From: an uncultured Eubacteriales bacterium
Lineage (GTDB): Bacteria > Bacillota > Clostridia > RUG12999
DNA length: 64,000 nt
Direction: 5' to 3'
Assembly: GCA_964592375.1 (NCBI GenBank)
Contig: CAZQDP010000005.1
Coordinates: forward strand, 148 to 64,147
Shown here: positions 9,278-18,480 of the stretch, in pieces
How the letters are laid out: each line of letters begins with the position of its first letter
Numbering within the stretch: the stretch's first letter is position 1
Notes under the pieces: model-generated
The model's input: the letters and a program-made list of their open reading frames with translations, nothing else
Databases searched by the model: none
What the model was told of the DNA's origin: nothing
Program-made: the position numbers and the translations under genes

Positions 9278-10400
9278 AAGGTGCGTTATGCTTGCGGCAG
9301 GCATTTTGTACGTCCTCGTATTCGGGGGCGTACTTTTTATGGTCATCATGCAGGGATACCTTCACGCGGATGTCACCGTAAGCGGTGGATACCACAATAC
9401 TGCTACGGGGCAATACGCGGCGGGTGGCGATGTATTTTCGAAGCCCAATGGTAGAGGTATGGCGCAATATAATATCCTCCAGTGGTGATGGGTCACCGGA
9501 TGCAATGACACCAAGAATAATACCCGGACGGTTTTTCTTCATATAAATAGGGATAGTATATACATCCAGTGCGCCTTGCTCAAAAAGCAGCTGACAGGCA
9601 AGACCAATGGCCTCTCCTGTGCTATCGTCTATATTGGCCTCAATTACGTTCACACAGTCCTTTAAGGCGGACTGTTCATCGATAAGCAATGCGCGAAGAA
9701 CATTGGCACGAACAAAATCCTTCCCTCCTGCGCCATAGCCGATGCCACAAACGATGCCGCCTGGAAAATCAAAGCTACTGCAGATTGCTGCTACAATACC
9801 GGCCCCGGTGGGCGTAATCATCTCGCCTTCTTCCGGAGTCATTACAATGGGAATTTGCGCACTTCGCAAGATTTCCAGCGTGGCAGGAACCGGAACGGGG
9901 ATAACGCCATGCCGACTTTGAACAGTTCCATGACCCTCGCACAAGGGGGAGGCGATGATGCGAGATGGCGAAATCTCATCAAGCAGAATAGAAACGCCCA
10001 CAATATCGACAATGGAATCAATACAACCCACTTCATGAAAGCATACATCCTTGGGGAGGCAACCGTGAATTTTCCCCTCTGCCTCTGCAATGATCGTAAA
10101 AATTTGAGTTGCTGTGCTTTTGATATTTTGGGGGAGCATGCTATTTTCAATGAGGGAGACAATCTCTGCAAAGCTCCTGCCGTGATGGTGATGGGCAAGG
10201 CCTGTCTGATGCACATGGGTATGGGTGGCTGTAATGCCATTTTTTACGACCTTCTTCTGCACAATTTCAAATTCACTGTCTAAACCCAAAAGGGAAAGGC
10301 CGTTCTTGAGCTTTTCAAATCCATTACAAAGCTCACAAAGTGCAGACAAAGTCATGTCCCCACTAATTCCGGAGCTGCAATCCAAATATAATGTTTTCAT
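9225..10400 (-). CDS. larC: LarC, nickel-pincer nucleotide cofactor nickel insertase (DUF111 family)
   Basis: The N-terminus MKTLYLDCSSGISGDMTLSAL is the characteristic DUF111/LarC opening. The ~390-aa gene lies in an operon with larB and larE. Its 3' end overlaps the convergent pfp by 53 bp. Confidence 0.75.
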   Translation of the reverse strand: MKTLYLDCSSGISGDMTLSALCELCNGFEKLKNGLSLLGLDSEFEIVQKKVVKNGITATHTHVHQTGLAHHHHGRSFAEIVSLIENSMLPQNIKSTATQIFTIIAEAEGKIHGCLPKDVCFHEVGCIDSIVDIVGVSILLDEISPSRIIASPLCEGHGTVQSRHGVIPVPVPATLEILRSAQIPIVMTPEEGEMITPTGAGIVAAICSSFDFPGGIVCGIGYGAGGKDFVRANVLRALLIDEQSALKDCVNVIEANIDDSTGEAIGLACQLLFEQGALDVYTIPIYMKKNRPGIILGVIASGDPSPLEDIILRHTSTIGLRKYIATRRVLPRSSIVVSTAYGDIRVKVSLHDDHKKYAPEYEDVQNACRKHNAPFTDVYSAACTLAAHPQV

Positions 10401-10441
10401 CGTGTGTCCTTTCCTGCCGGGAGCATTGCCATTTCCATAGA

Positions 10442-11200
10442 CTAACTCTTGTTGATTACCGCAGCACTGTATCCGGCACCAAAGCCATTGTCTATATTCA
10501 CCACACTAACCCCGGCGGCGCAGGAATTGAGCATACATAATAAAGCGGAAATCCCGCCAAAGCTGGCGCCATAACCGACACTGGTGGGTACTGCAATAAC
10601 AGGACGTGACACCAAACCGGCCACAACACTTGCAAGGGCTCCCTCCATGCCTGCAACAGCAATAATGACATTGGCGGACAAAATAGGCTCAAGGTTTCCC
10701 ATCAGGCGGTGTATACCGGCCACGCCGACGTCATAGATGCGTGTTACCGTATTGCCCAACAGCTCTGCGGTTACAGCGGCTTCTTCGGCCACCGGAATGT
10801 CCGCAGTACCACCGGTTAAGACAGCGATTGTGCCTTTGCCACATGGCGTGATATTTTTTGCTATTGAAAAAATGCGGGCATCCTCATAGTATACCGCATC
10901 GGGATACACCTTGTGCAAACCTGAAAACACGTCCCCATCGGCCCTGGTGCCAAAAATATTTTCACTACCGCTTTGCTGCATCCGCGCCACAATATCAATA
11001 ATATGCGATAATTTCTTGCCGGGGCAAAAGATTACCTCTGCAAAGCCGGTACGAATACTGCGGTGATTGTCCACCTTTGCAAAGCCGATATCGTCATATG
11101 GAAGGGTTTTCAGTGCCTCAAAGGCAGTTGCAATATCGGTACTTCCGGATTTCACGCGCGCTAATAAGTCTTTGATAGCCGCCTCATTCATTGTCAACAC
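10442..11200 (-). CDS. larB: LarB, PurE-like pyridinium-3,5-biscarboxylic acid mononucleotide synthase
   Basis: The ~250-aa protein has a PurE-like C-terminal half (VIIAVAGMEGALASVVAGL...VIAVPTSVGYGA). Its position between larC and larE supports the call. Confidence 0.7.
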   Translation of the reverse strand: MLTMNEAAIKDLLARVKSGSTDIATAFEALKTLPYDDIGFAKVDNHRSIRTGFAEVIFCPGKKLSHIIDIVARMQQSGSENIFGTRADGDVFSGLHKVYPDAVYYEDARIFSIAKNITPCGKGTIAVLTGGTADIPVAEEAAVTAELLGNTVTRIYDVGVAGIHRLMGNLEPILSANVIIAVAGMEGALASVVAGLVSRPVIAVPTSVGYGASFGGISALLCMLNSCAAGVSVVNIDNGFGAGYSAAVINKS

Positions 11201-12026
11201 ATCCCTTATGATGCCCCGGCGCAGGGCTTTGCTTCTTTATTAATACCTTGTTCATATTGCCGGACTGAAATGGCTCTAAATCAAGTGAAATATATCGGTA
11301 TCCTACTTTTTTGAGTTGTGATACTACCTTTTCGCGCATAGAAAACAGCTTCTCCATTTGAGTGCTGGCGATTTCTATCTTCGCCAGATCATCGTAGTGT
11401 CGAACCCGAAAAGCAATAAACCCTAAATCGGAAAGAATATTTTCGGCGTGTTCAATGCGAGACAGTGCATCTTGCGTGATAGCGGTATAATAAGGTATGC
11501 GAGAAGCAAGGCAAGCCGCACTGGCACGATCGTAGCCGCTCATGCCAAGCCTTTTAGAGTATCGGCGCACATCTGCTTTAGAAAAATCGGCTTCCACCAA
11601 AGGGCTTAGTATACCGAGCTCGCTCAGTGCCAAAGCTCCGGGGCGATGGTCCTGCAAATCATCTGTATTAGAGCCGTCTACCACGGTCAAAATGCCTTGC
11701 GCCAAAGCGAAATCTTTCATTTGCGTCATAATGGACTGCTTGCAAAAATAACACCGATCGGGCGCGTTTTGCACAAAGCCAGGGATAGCATACTCATTGG
11801 CCGCAAAAATATAATGGGGAATATGAAGAGCCTCTGCAAACTGCATAGCAGTATTCATCTCCCGTAGTGGCACCATGCTACCGCTGGCAGTGGCGGCGAT
11901 GACCTTTTGCATGCCAATGCTTGCGGCTACCCATAAAAGAAACGAGCTGTCAACCCCACCGGAGAAGGCAACACAAATGCTTTGATGCTTCTGAAGAATG
12001 GCCGCAAGTGCTTTTAGCTTTCCCAT
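11184..12026 (-). CDS. larE: LarE, ATP-dependent sacrificial sulfur transferase (PP-loop ATPase)
   Basis: The PP-loop SGGVDSS lies near the N-terminus. The protein is 280 aa and conserved Cys residues are present. It is adjacent to larB and larC. Confidence 0.7.
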   Translation of the reverse strand: MGKLKALAAILQKHQSICVAFSGGVDSSFLLWVAASIGMQKVIAATASGSMVPLREMNTAMQFAEALHIPHYIFAANEYAIPGFVQNAPDRCYFCKQSIMTQMKDFALAQGILTVVDGSNTDDLQDHRPGALALSELGILSPLVEADFSKADVRRYSKRLGMSGYDRASAACLASRIPYYTAITQDALSRIEHAENILSDLGFIAFRVRHYDDLAKIEIASTQMEKLFSMREKVVSQLKKVGYRYISLDLEPFQSGNMNKVLIKKQSPAPGHHKGCVDNE

Positions 12027-12029
12027 ACA

Positions 12030-13424
12030 TCAAAACTCACAGTTACTAACCGTGCGTGGAAAAGACTGAACATCTCGAATATTTGAAATTCCAGTAAGAT
12101 ACATAATCAGCCGCTCAAAGCCAAGGCCAAAGCCGGCATGCTTTGTGCTACCATACCTTCGGGTGTCAAGATACCAAGAATAATCATTCGGTGAAAGGCC
12201 AAGCTCCTCCAGGCGGGAAGTTAAAAGGTCAAGGCGTTCTTCTCTTTGACTGCCACCGATAATCTCGCCGATGCCCGGTACCAGGCAGTCCATTGCAGCC
12301 ACGGTTTTGCCATCCTCATTTTGGCGCATATAAAATGCTTTGATTTCCTTGGGATAATCAGTTACAAATACAGGCTTTTTAAATACCTGCTCTGTTAAAT
12401 ACCGCTCGTGCTCTGTTTGCAAATCGCATCCCCAGCTGATGGGATACTCAAAGGCAACATCTGCATTTTGAAGAATTTCAATGGCTTTTGTATACGTTAC
12501 ATGTCCAAAATCGGAAGACACTACATGCTGGAGCCTGTCTAGCAATCCTTTGTCAATAAACTGGCTGAAAAATTCCATTTCCTCGGGTGCATGTTGCAGG
12601 CAATAGGAAATAATATATTTCAGCATATTTTCTGCAAGTTGCATGTCATCGAAAAGATCGGCAAAAGCAATTTCCGGCTCTATCATCCAAAACTCTGCGG
12701 CATGACGAGCGGTATTTGAGTTTTCTGCACGGAAGGTAGGACCAAAGGTATAAACCTTGCCAAAGGCCATGCAATGAGTTTCCACATTTAGCTGTCCGCT
12801 GACGGTAAGATTTGCCCCCTTACCGAAAAAGTCCTTCGAAAAATCCACACTGCCATCTTCGGCATGTGGTGGATTTTCGCACGGCAGGGTGGTGACACGA
12901 AACATTTCGCCGGCACCCTCGCAGTCGTTTGCGGTAATGATTGGGGTATGCACATACACAAAGCCTTGCTCATTGAAAAATTGATGAATGGCAAAGGCTG
13001 CCAGAGAACGTATGCGAAGCACTGCCGAAAATGTATTGGTGCGTGGTCGCAGATGAGCAATGGAACGCAAAAATTCCATCGAGTGGCGTTTTTTCTGCAA
13101 GGGATAATCAGGGCCGGAAATGCCTTGCACCTCCACATGGGATGCCTTGATTTCAAAAGGCTGATTGGCATCGGGTGTGAGTGCCAAAACGCCCTGCACA
13201 ATAACAGAGGAACCAACACCAAGCTTTGCTATCTCATCAAAGTTTGAAAGAAATTCTTTTTCAAATACCACTTGTACACTTTTAAAAAAGCTCCCATCGT
13301 TTAGCTCCATAAATCCAAAGGATTTCGAATCTCGCACCGTGCGCACCCAGCCGGCTACAGTGATACTTTTATCCGCATACTCAGCGGTGCTTCTGTATAA
13401 TTGTTTTACATCAATTTTAAACAA
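12030..13424 (-). CDS. asnS: Asparagine--tRNA ligase
   Basis: The 464-aa protein has an N-terminal OB-fold anticodon-binding region followed by class II aaRS motifs ([21 protein letters not shown]). The start is TTG with AAAGGA 9 nt upstream. Confidence 0.85.
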   Translation of the reverse strand: MFKIDVKQLYRSTAEYADKSITVAGWVRTVRDSKSFGFMELNDGSFFKSVQVVFEKEFLSNFDEIAKLGVGSSVIVQGVLALTPDANQPFEIKASHVEVQGISGPDYPLQKKRHSMEFLRSIAHLRPRTNTFSAVLRIRSLAAFAIHQFFNEQGFVYVHTPIITANDCEGAGEMFRVTTLPCENPPHAEDGSVDFSKDFFGKGANLTVSGQLNVETHCMAFGKVYTFGPTFRAENSNTARHAAEFWMIEPEIAFADLFDDMQLAENMLKYIISYCLQHAPEEMEFFSQFIDKGLLDRLQHVVSSDFGHVTYTKAIEILQNADVAFEYPISWGCDLQTEHERYLTEQVFKKPVFVTDYPKEIKAFYMRQNEDGKTVAAMDCLVPGIGEIIGGSQREERLDLLTSRLEELGLSPNDYSWYLDTRRYGSTKHAGFGLGFERLIMYLTGISNIRDVQSFPRTVSNCEF

Positions 13425-13617
13425 TTTAAAACATTCCTTTCCATCATAAATAAGATGTAAATAAAGTATTTATATTTTAAGGTATATTATAACACACTTT
13501 ATAAAATTTTCAACAAAAATTTTCAAAAAATAGGAACAGGCAATGCAAATACTCTCCCTGTGCGACCAAATATGACAATATGCAAAGAAAACGGGAAGTA
13601 ATGTGACCAAATGCATA

Positions 13618-13646
13618 TTTACTTTTCACAAAAAATAATGTATAAT
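13618..13646 (+). promoter_or_regulatory. Putative promoter of the 13681 secreted-protein gene
   Basis: TTTACT - 17 bp - TATAAT, with TG immediately upstream of the -10 box. A strong RBS (AAAGGGAGG) precedes ATG 13681. Confidence 0.3.
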
Positions 13647-13680
13647 AATCATACACTTTACTAAAGGGAGGACAATACAT

Positions 13681-15705
13681 ATGATAACTTCAAAAAGACT
13701 TTTTTCGCTCTTGATGGTTGTATTTATTTTAACCGCAAGCATGGCAGTCGTTACCGCGGAAACAAAATACATCGTAAATGAAGACTTCAACTCACTTTCG
13801 GGAAGCACCAAGCTACCCGGATTTTCCATGTTGGAGTTCGATAGCGGCAATGGCTCAGTCGAATCATTTACAAAAGCAGACGGAAATAAGGGCATCACCC
13901 TTACCGACAAAGATGCTTCAAAAATGGTGGGCTTTTCTAAATCATTTAGTGCAGTAGCCACCACCATGACTTTTGAAATGGAAGTTAAAATGAGTGCATA
14001 CTCAGCGGCACCCGCCGTTGTATGTGTATCGGACGGCAGAGCATGGCCTCCTGCGGCGCAGATACTCATTGCGGCAGATTCCGTCAAAGCGTTTGATGCG
14101 AATGAAACCAAAAGCACAACTACACCAAAGGGATTTTTCAAACTGATGGTTTATTTGGATGCAAGTGCAGGTACATATGACGTATACGTTGGCGAAACCA
14201 AGATGAGCGGCCTCAAATTCCGCAGTGATGCCAAGAAAATGAGTAGAATTGATGTAACCGGCGGACTTGGCAAAGCACCTACAATCATTTCGATTGATAA
14301 CTATAAGGTATATGAAGGCACCCCTGAGGTACAAGGCACAGTAACCGAAGGTGGGCAGACGGATACCCCTGCCACTCCCGGAACAGGAACAACCACCCCT
14401 GCAGGCGGCGGCTCGGTTATTTTTCAGGATAACTTTGAATCCGGTAATATCAGTAGCTTAAAAGCATTCGCCGAAGGAAAGCTTGAGCTGAAAGATGGAA
14501 ATGGTGGCAAGTATTTATATATAACGGATAACAATGATAAGTCACCGGCTGGTTGGCAGCTTGACATTCCGGAGCAAAAGGCAGAATTCACATTGGCATT
14601 TGACTTTTTCCGCGATAGCAGCTCGAAAGCATCGCCAATTATGTACGCAGCAAGCACTGCAGTGGCATTCCCTGCTGGCGTAGCGACATTTTTGAATAGC
14701 AAGCTTTCTGGATTTTCAGGTCCAAATGCCGCAGATAACAAGGCTTCAGCTACGGATATCCCGGCGGACAAGTGGGTAAAGATAGTTTATGCTATTCGCC
14801 CAAACAGCCTTACCTATGATGTTTATGTTAGTGGTGTAAAAGCAATCGATAATTGGGGTTTTAGAAATCAAGGCATATCGTCCATCGACCATTTGCAATT
14901 TGCAGGAGCGACAAACCCAAGCCCCGGTGTTTTAGGAATAGATAATGTGGTTGTTCATGCAGGTGCACCCACGGCAGATGAAATTGCCGGAAAAGCAGCT
15001 ACAACCGCACCCACCGCACCCACAGCACCCACAGCACCCACAGCACCCGCAGCACCCGCAGCACCTGCAGCACCTGCGCCAACCGCTAAGCCTGCCACAC
15101 CGGCAGCTCCTTCTACAGCAGGCGGCTCCGCTATCTATCAGGAGAATTTTGAAGCAGCAAACGTCGGCAGCTTAAAAGCATACGCCGAAGGTAAGCTTGA
15201 GCTGAAGGATGGAAATGGCGGTAAGTATTTGTTTATTACAGATAACAATGATAAATCACCTGCCGGTTGGCAGCTGGATATTCCGGAACAGAAGGCTGAA
15301 TTTACATTGGTTTTTGATTTTATGCGCGATAGTACTTCCAAGTGCCCGGCAATTATGTACGCAGGAAGCTCTGCAGCGGCATTTCCTCCCGGCGTAGCGA
15401 CATTTTTAGCAAGCAAGCTCAGCGGGTTTACCAGTGCTACAGAACAAAAAGTGTCTGCCGCTGAAATCCCGGCAGACAAGTGGGTCAAGGTGGTTTATGC
15501 TATTCGTCCAAACAGCCTTACCTATGATGTATATGTAAATGGTGTAAAAGCAATTGATAATTGGGGCTTTAGAAATCAAACCATCACTTCCATAGACTAT
15601 TTCCACTTTGCAGGTAGCACAAGCCCAAGCCCAGGAACTTTTGGAGTAGACAATGTTGTTGTTCATGCAGGAGCACCCACAGCTACTGAAATAGCAGCAA
15701 AATAG
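13681..15705 (+). CDS. Secreted protein built from three copies of an uncharacterised ~190-aa beta-rich module (possible concanavalin/LamG-like fold) with an internal PT linker. It has no SLH or obvious anchor.
   Basis: A signal peptide is present (MITSKRLFSLLMVVFILTASMAVVTA). The N-terminal module starts at IVNEDFNSL. Modules 2 and 3 run from FQDNFESG to VDNVVVHAGAPT and are ~80% identical to each other. A (TAP)n linker separates them. Confidence 0.5.
   Translation: MITSKRLFSLLMVVFILTASMAVVTAETKYIVNEDFNSLSGSTKLPGFSMLEFDSGNGSVESFTKADGNKGITLTDKDASKMVGFSKSFSAVATTMTFEMEVKMSAYSAAPAVVCVSDGRAWPPAAQILIAADSVKAFDANETKSTTTPKGFFKLMVYLDASAGTYDVYVGETKMSGLKFRSDAKKMSRIDVTGGLGKAPTIISIDNYKVYEGTPEVQGTVTEGGQTDTPATPGTGTTTPAGGGSVIFQDNFESGNISSLKAFAEGKLELKDGNGGKYLYITDNNDKSPAGWQLDIPEQKAEFTLAFDFFRDSSSKASPIMYAASTAVAFPAGVATFLNSKLSGFSGPNAADNKASATDIPADKWVKIVYAIRPNSLTYDVYVSGVKAIDNWGFRNQGISSIDHLQFAGATNPSPGVLGIDNVVVHAGAPTADEIAGKAATTAPTAPTAPTAPTAPAAPAAPAAPAPTAKPATPAAPSTAGGSAIYQENFEAANVGSLKAYAEGKLELKDGNGGKYLFITDNNDKSPAGWQLDIPEQKAEFTLVFDFMRDSTSKCPAIMYAGSSAAAFPPGVATFLASKLSGFTSATEQKVSAAEIPADKWVKVVYAIRPNSLTYDVYVNGVKAIDNWGFRNQTITSIDYFHFAGSTSPSPGTFGVDNVVVHAGAPTATEIAAK
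14403..14995. repeat. Intragenic direct repeat copy 1 (~590 bp). It is ~85% nucleotide-identical to 15121-15702 and clearly related to 16689-17272.
   Basis: Aligned by eye: aaagcattcgccgaaggaaagcttgagctgaaagatggaaatgg... versus aaagcatacgccgaaggtaagcttgagctgaaggatggaaatgg... . The similarity persists to ...gttcatgcaggtgcacccac. Confidence 0.7.
14998..15110. repeat. Short tandem repeats encoding a (TAP)n/(AAP)n linker
   Basis: Units of gcacccaca / gcacccgca repeat ~10 times, translating as TAPTAPTAPTAPAAPAAPAAP. Confidence 0.7.
15121..15702. repeat. Intragenic direct repeat copy 2 (paired with 14403-14995)
   Basis: See copy 1. It encodes the third module of the 13681 gene. Confidence 0.7.
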
Positions 15706-15816
15706 GTTCACGAATATAGTCGCTATTTATGGTCGCTTGGTGGAGTAGAAAATAGAAAGCGCTTCATGAGCGCACCTGCTAAGCTAGATTTTAAATAACA
15801 AAAAGTAGAATAATTA

Positions 15817-15851
15817 AAACAGCCGCATTTCATTTTGCGGCTGTTTTTTTC
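15817..15851 (+). terminator. Rho-independent terminator after the 13681 gene
   Basis: aaaCAGCCGCAtttcatttTGCGGCTGttttttt: an 8-bp GC-rich stem followed by T7. Confidence 0.6.
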
Positions 15852-15966
15852 AGTCCTTACCCTTAATATGGTTTGCAAGCCAATTGATGTATGGAAAAGC
15901 GCGGAGGTACATATAATATATGTATAGCAATTTGCAGGTGCAAGAAGAGTAAGGGAGGGTAAAAGA

Positions 15967-17916
15967 ATGAACAGAGCCAAGAGGCTAACTTCAATTTTTG
16001 TAGTTCTATTTATTTTCATCGGAAGTCTTATCGGAACATGTGCGCAGAGTATGGTTATTGTAAACGAAGACTTTAATTCTCTGCAAGGAAAGGTCAATCT
16101 ACCGGGATTTTCTATGCTGGAAACAAATTCAGGGAAGGGATTTGTGCAAGCAATAGCAAGAAGCGGGAGTGGCAAAATGATTACGCTCACAGATAATGAC
16201 CCCACCAAAATGATTGGGTTTTCAAAAGTTTTTGATGCAGTCAAGGTTCCTCTCACGTTTGAGATTGAAGCGAAAGTAGAGAAAAGATCGAGTACTCCTG
16301 CTGTTATTTGCATATTTGATGACAGGGCATGGCCTCCGGCGGCACAAATACTCATTGCGCCTGATTTAGTGAAAGCGTTTGATAAAAGCGAAACAAAAAG
16401 CATTGGTACACCAAAAGGGTTTTTTAGACTTGCGGTGTATTTGGATGTAGCGGCGGGCACATATGATGTATATGTTGGAGACACCAAGATGAGCGCACTC
16501 AAATTCCGCTGCGAGGCGAAGAGCATTAGCAGAATTGATATCACAGGAGGTCTTGGGCTCGCCCCGAGCGTAGTATCATTTGACAATTATAAGGTATATG
16601 AAGGCGAACCGGAGGCAAAGGGCATAATCAAAGAAGGCGGAACGACAGATGCCGAAAATGCCTCTGCAACAGGAACTGCTACTGCAACGGGCAAAGAAGT
16701 CATCTATCAGGAAACCTTTGATAGCGCAAATGTAAGCAGCCTTGGGGTTGTTGGAGATGGAAAGCTGGAACTGAAAGAAAGAGATAGCGGCAAGTATCTG
16801 CACATTACAGATAATAGTGATACTGCGCCGGCCGGATGGCAAATCATGGTGCCGGAACAGAAAAAGGAGTTTACCCTGGCATTTGATTTTATACGCGAGA
16901 GCGCTACAAAATGCTCGCCGATTATGTATGCAGGGGATTCTGCCGCATTGTTTCCTCCCGGCGTTGCCACATTTTTGAATACCAAACTAAGCGGATTTAC
17001 CAGTGCAACGGAACAAAAAACATCCGACGCAGAGATTCCCTCAGATAAGTGGACAAAAGTGGTCTATAGTATTCGACCAGATAGCCGCACTTATGATGTG
17101 TATATTAGTGGGAAAAAGGCAATTGACAATTGGGGCTTTCGAAACCAAAGCATAGCTTCCATTAACGTTATGCAATTTGCAGGCTCAACAAATCCGAGTC
17201 CCGGTCTATTTGGTGTTGATAATGTCTTGGTGCACGCAGGAGCACCCACGGTGGAGGATTTGACCGGAAAAGCACCTGTCGCCACTTCCAGTAGCACTGC
17301 GGCGCCTATCGCAGGTGCCACCGTTTATAAAGAAGACTTTAGTAGCGCAAAGGCAGGGCCTGCGGAAGATAAATATCCCGGAAACGGCAGTGGTTCAGGC
17401 ACGATTATCGTCAAATCAAGAGCTACGGGTGATCAATATCTTGAAATCACCGATAGCGGGGATGATGGCACATTCGGATGGGTATCCAAGGGCTGGGAAG
17501 TGCAAACTGCAAAGCATACCATTGCATTTGATTTGCTGGTGCCATCCACGAACAAATTTCTTCCGATGACTTATATGTATGATGACGCCGCAAGCTTTCC
17601 GCCTGCCGCAACCGGTCTTTTCCAGGGTGAATTCATTGCATTCAATGGAAGTATGCAGGTGAAATCGGGATTTACTATTCAAAATGATAAGTGGTACAGA
17701 GTGACCTATGCTATAGATCCTGCAAAGGGAGAGTTTTCGGCCTATATAGATGGTACCAAGGTTGCGGATCAATTTTTATTCCGCAATCCGAATGCCAAGG
17801 CAATATCCTCTTTGCATTTCGTGGGTGGGATGAACCCTAGTCCGTGTGTATTTGGGGTAGATAATATTCACATTTATAAAGGTGATCCCGCCTCGCTTGA
17901 TATTGCAAAGAAATAA
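15967..17916 (+). CDS. Secreted paralog of the 13681 gene. It has a signal peptide, an N-terminal module, a middle module and a more divergent third module.
   Basis: The N-terminal module IVNEDFNSLQGKVNLPGFSMLE... is paralogous to 13681. The middle module runs IYQETFDSANVSSLG...VDNVLVHAGAPT. The third module ends ...VDNIHIYKGDP. Confidence 0.5.
   Translation: MNRAKRLTSIFVVLFIFIGSLIGTCAQSMVIVNEDFNSLQGKVNLPGFSMLETNSGKGFVQAIARSGSGKMITLTDNDPTKMIGFSKVFDAVKVPLTFEIEAKVEKRSSTPAVICIFDDRAWPPAAQILIAPDLVKAFDKSETKSIGTPKGFFRLAVYLDVAAGTYDVYVGDTKMSALKFRCEAKSISRIDITGGLGLAPSVVSFDNYKVYEGEPEAKGIIKEGGTTDAENASATGTATATGKEVIYQETFDSANVSSLGVVGDGKLELKERDSGKYLHITDNSDTAPAGWQIMVPEQKKEFTLAFDFIRESATKCSPIMYAGDSAALFPPGVATFLNTKLSGFTSATEQKTSDAEIPSDKWTKVVYSIRPDSRTYDVYISGKKAIDNWGFRNQSIASINVMQFAGSTNPSPGLFGVDNVLVHAGAPTVEDLTGKAPVATSSSTAAPIAGATVYKEDFSSAKAGPAEDKYPGNGSGSGTIIVKSRATGDQYLEITDSGDDGTFGWVSKGWEVQTAKHTIAFDLLVPSTNKFLPMTYMYDDAASFPPAATGLFQGEFIAFNGSMQVKSGFTIQNDKWYRVTYAIDPAKGEFSAYIDGTKVADQFLFRNPNAKAISSLHFVGGMNPSPCVFGVDNIHIYKGDPASLDIAKK
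16689..17272. repeat. Third copy of the ~590-bp module-encoding repeat (in the paralogous gene)
   Basis: This segment encodes the middle module of the 15967 gene (GKEVIYQETFDS...VHAGAPT). Identity to copies 1 and 2 is lower, but the relationship is clear at the protein level and at the DNA level by eye. Confidence 0.55.
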
Positions 17917-17940
17917 TAAAAAAGGTAGCATGTAAAATAC

Positions 17941-17993
17941 AAATGCACCCCAAATGCATACTAGCCATTGGCAGTTGCATTTGGGGTGCATTT
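17941..17993. terminator. Bidirectional terminator hairpin between the convergent 15967 gene and rpiB
   Basis: A perfect ~18-bp inverted repeat (AAATGCACCCCAAATGCA...TGCATTTGGGGTGCATTT) is flanked by A/T runs on both sides. Confidence 0.5.
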
Positions 17994-18033
17994 AAAAAAA
18001 CACTGCGCTTTCGGTCATTTGCAATCGTGAGGA

Positions 18034-18480
18034 TTATAGATACCTCTTTTCAATATCCATTATCTTATCCACCCTGACAAGGTGGCGCCCACCTTGAAAC
18101 CCGGCATGAAGATATGCCCTTACAATCTCAACCGCATCGGCAGGCGTGGTAATTCGGCCGCCAAGGGCAATGACATTTGCATTATTATGCTCCCTTGCCA
18201 TTTGTCCACAAAATACATCACAGCAGTGGGCCGCCCTGATGCCGCGAACTTTATTGGCGGCAATGGACATACCAATGCCTGTGCCGCACAGTAAGATGCC
18301 TGCGTCACATTTGCCGCTTAAAATGGCCTCGCAAACGGGCAGAGCCACATCGGGATAGTCGGCAGACGCTTCATCTATAATACCAAAATCCGTATATGTA
18401 TATCCGTTTTCTTCTAAAAAAGTAAGAATACTTCTCTTTAAGCACAGTCCGCCATGATCACTTCCAATTGCAATGTTCAT
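18034..18480 (-). CDS. rpiB: Ribose-5-phosphate isomerase B (RpiB/LacAB family)
   Basis: The N-terminus is MNIAIGSDHGGLCLKRSILTFLEENGYTYTDFG. The protein is 148 aa, the typical RpiB size. Confidence 0.8.
   Translation of the reverse strand: MNIAIGSDHGGLCLKRSILTFLEENGYTYTDFGIIDEASADYPDVALPVCEAILSGKCDAGILLCGTGIGMSIAANKVRGIRAAHCCDVFCGQMAREHNNANVIALGGRITTPADAVEIVRAYLHAGFQGGRHLVRVDKIMDIEKRYL

Noticed and set aside
13425-13680. Possible T-box leader upstream of asnS (256-bp intergenic)
   Set aside because: No T-box consensus (AGGGUGGNACCGCG; reverse-complement CGCGGTNCCACCCT on the plus strand) was found. The region is better explained by divergent promoters with a TG-TATAAT element.
13626-16985. 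Several 90-290-aa minus-strand ORFs (13626-14141, 14424-14771, 15138-15488, 15723-16586, 16707-16985). They resemble one another and lie antisense to the secreted-paralog genes.
   Set aside because: Their mutual similarity simply mirrors the sense-strand module repeats. They have no RBS or signal of their own and are fully embedded in well-supported sense genes. I treat them as antisense shadows of the repeated coding sequence.
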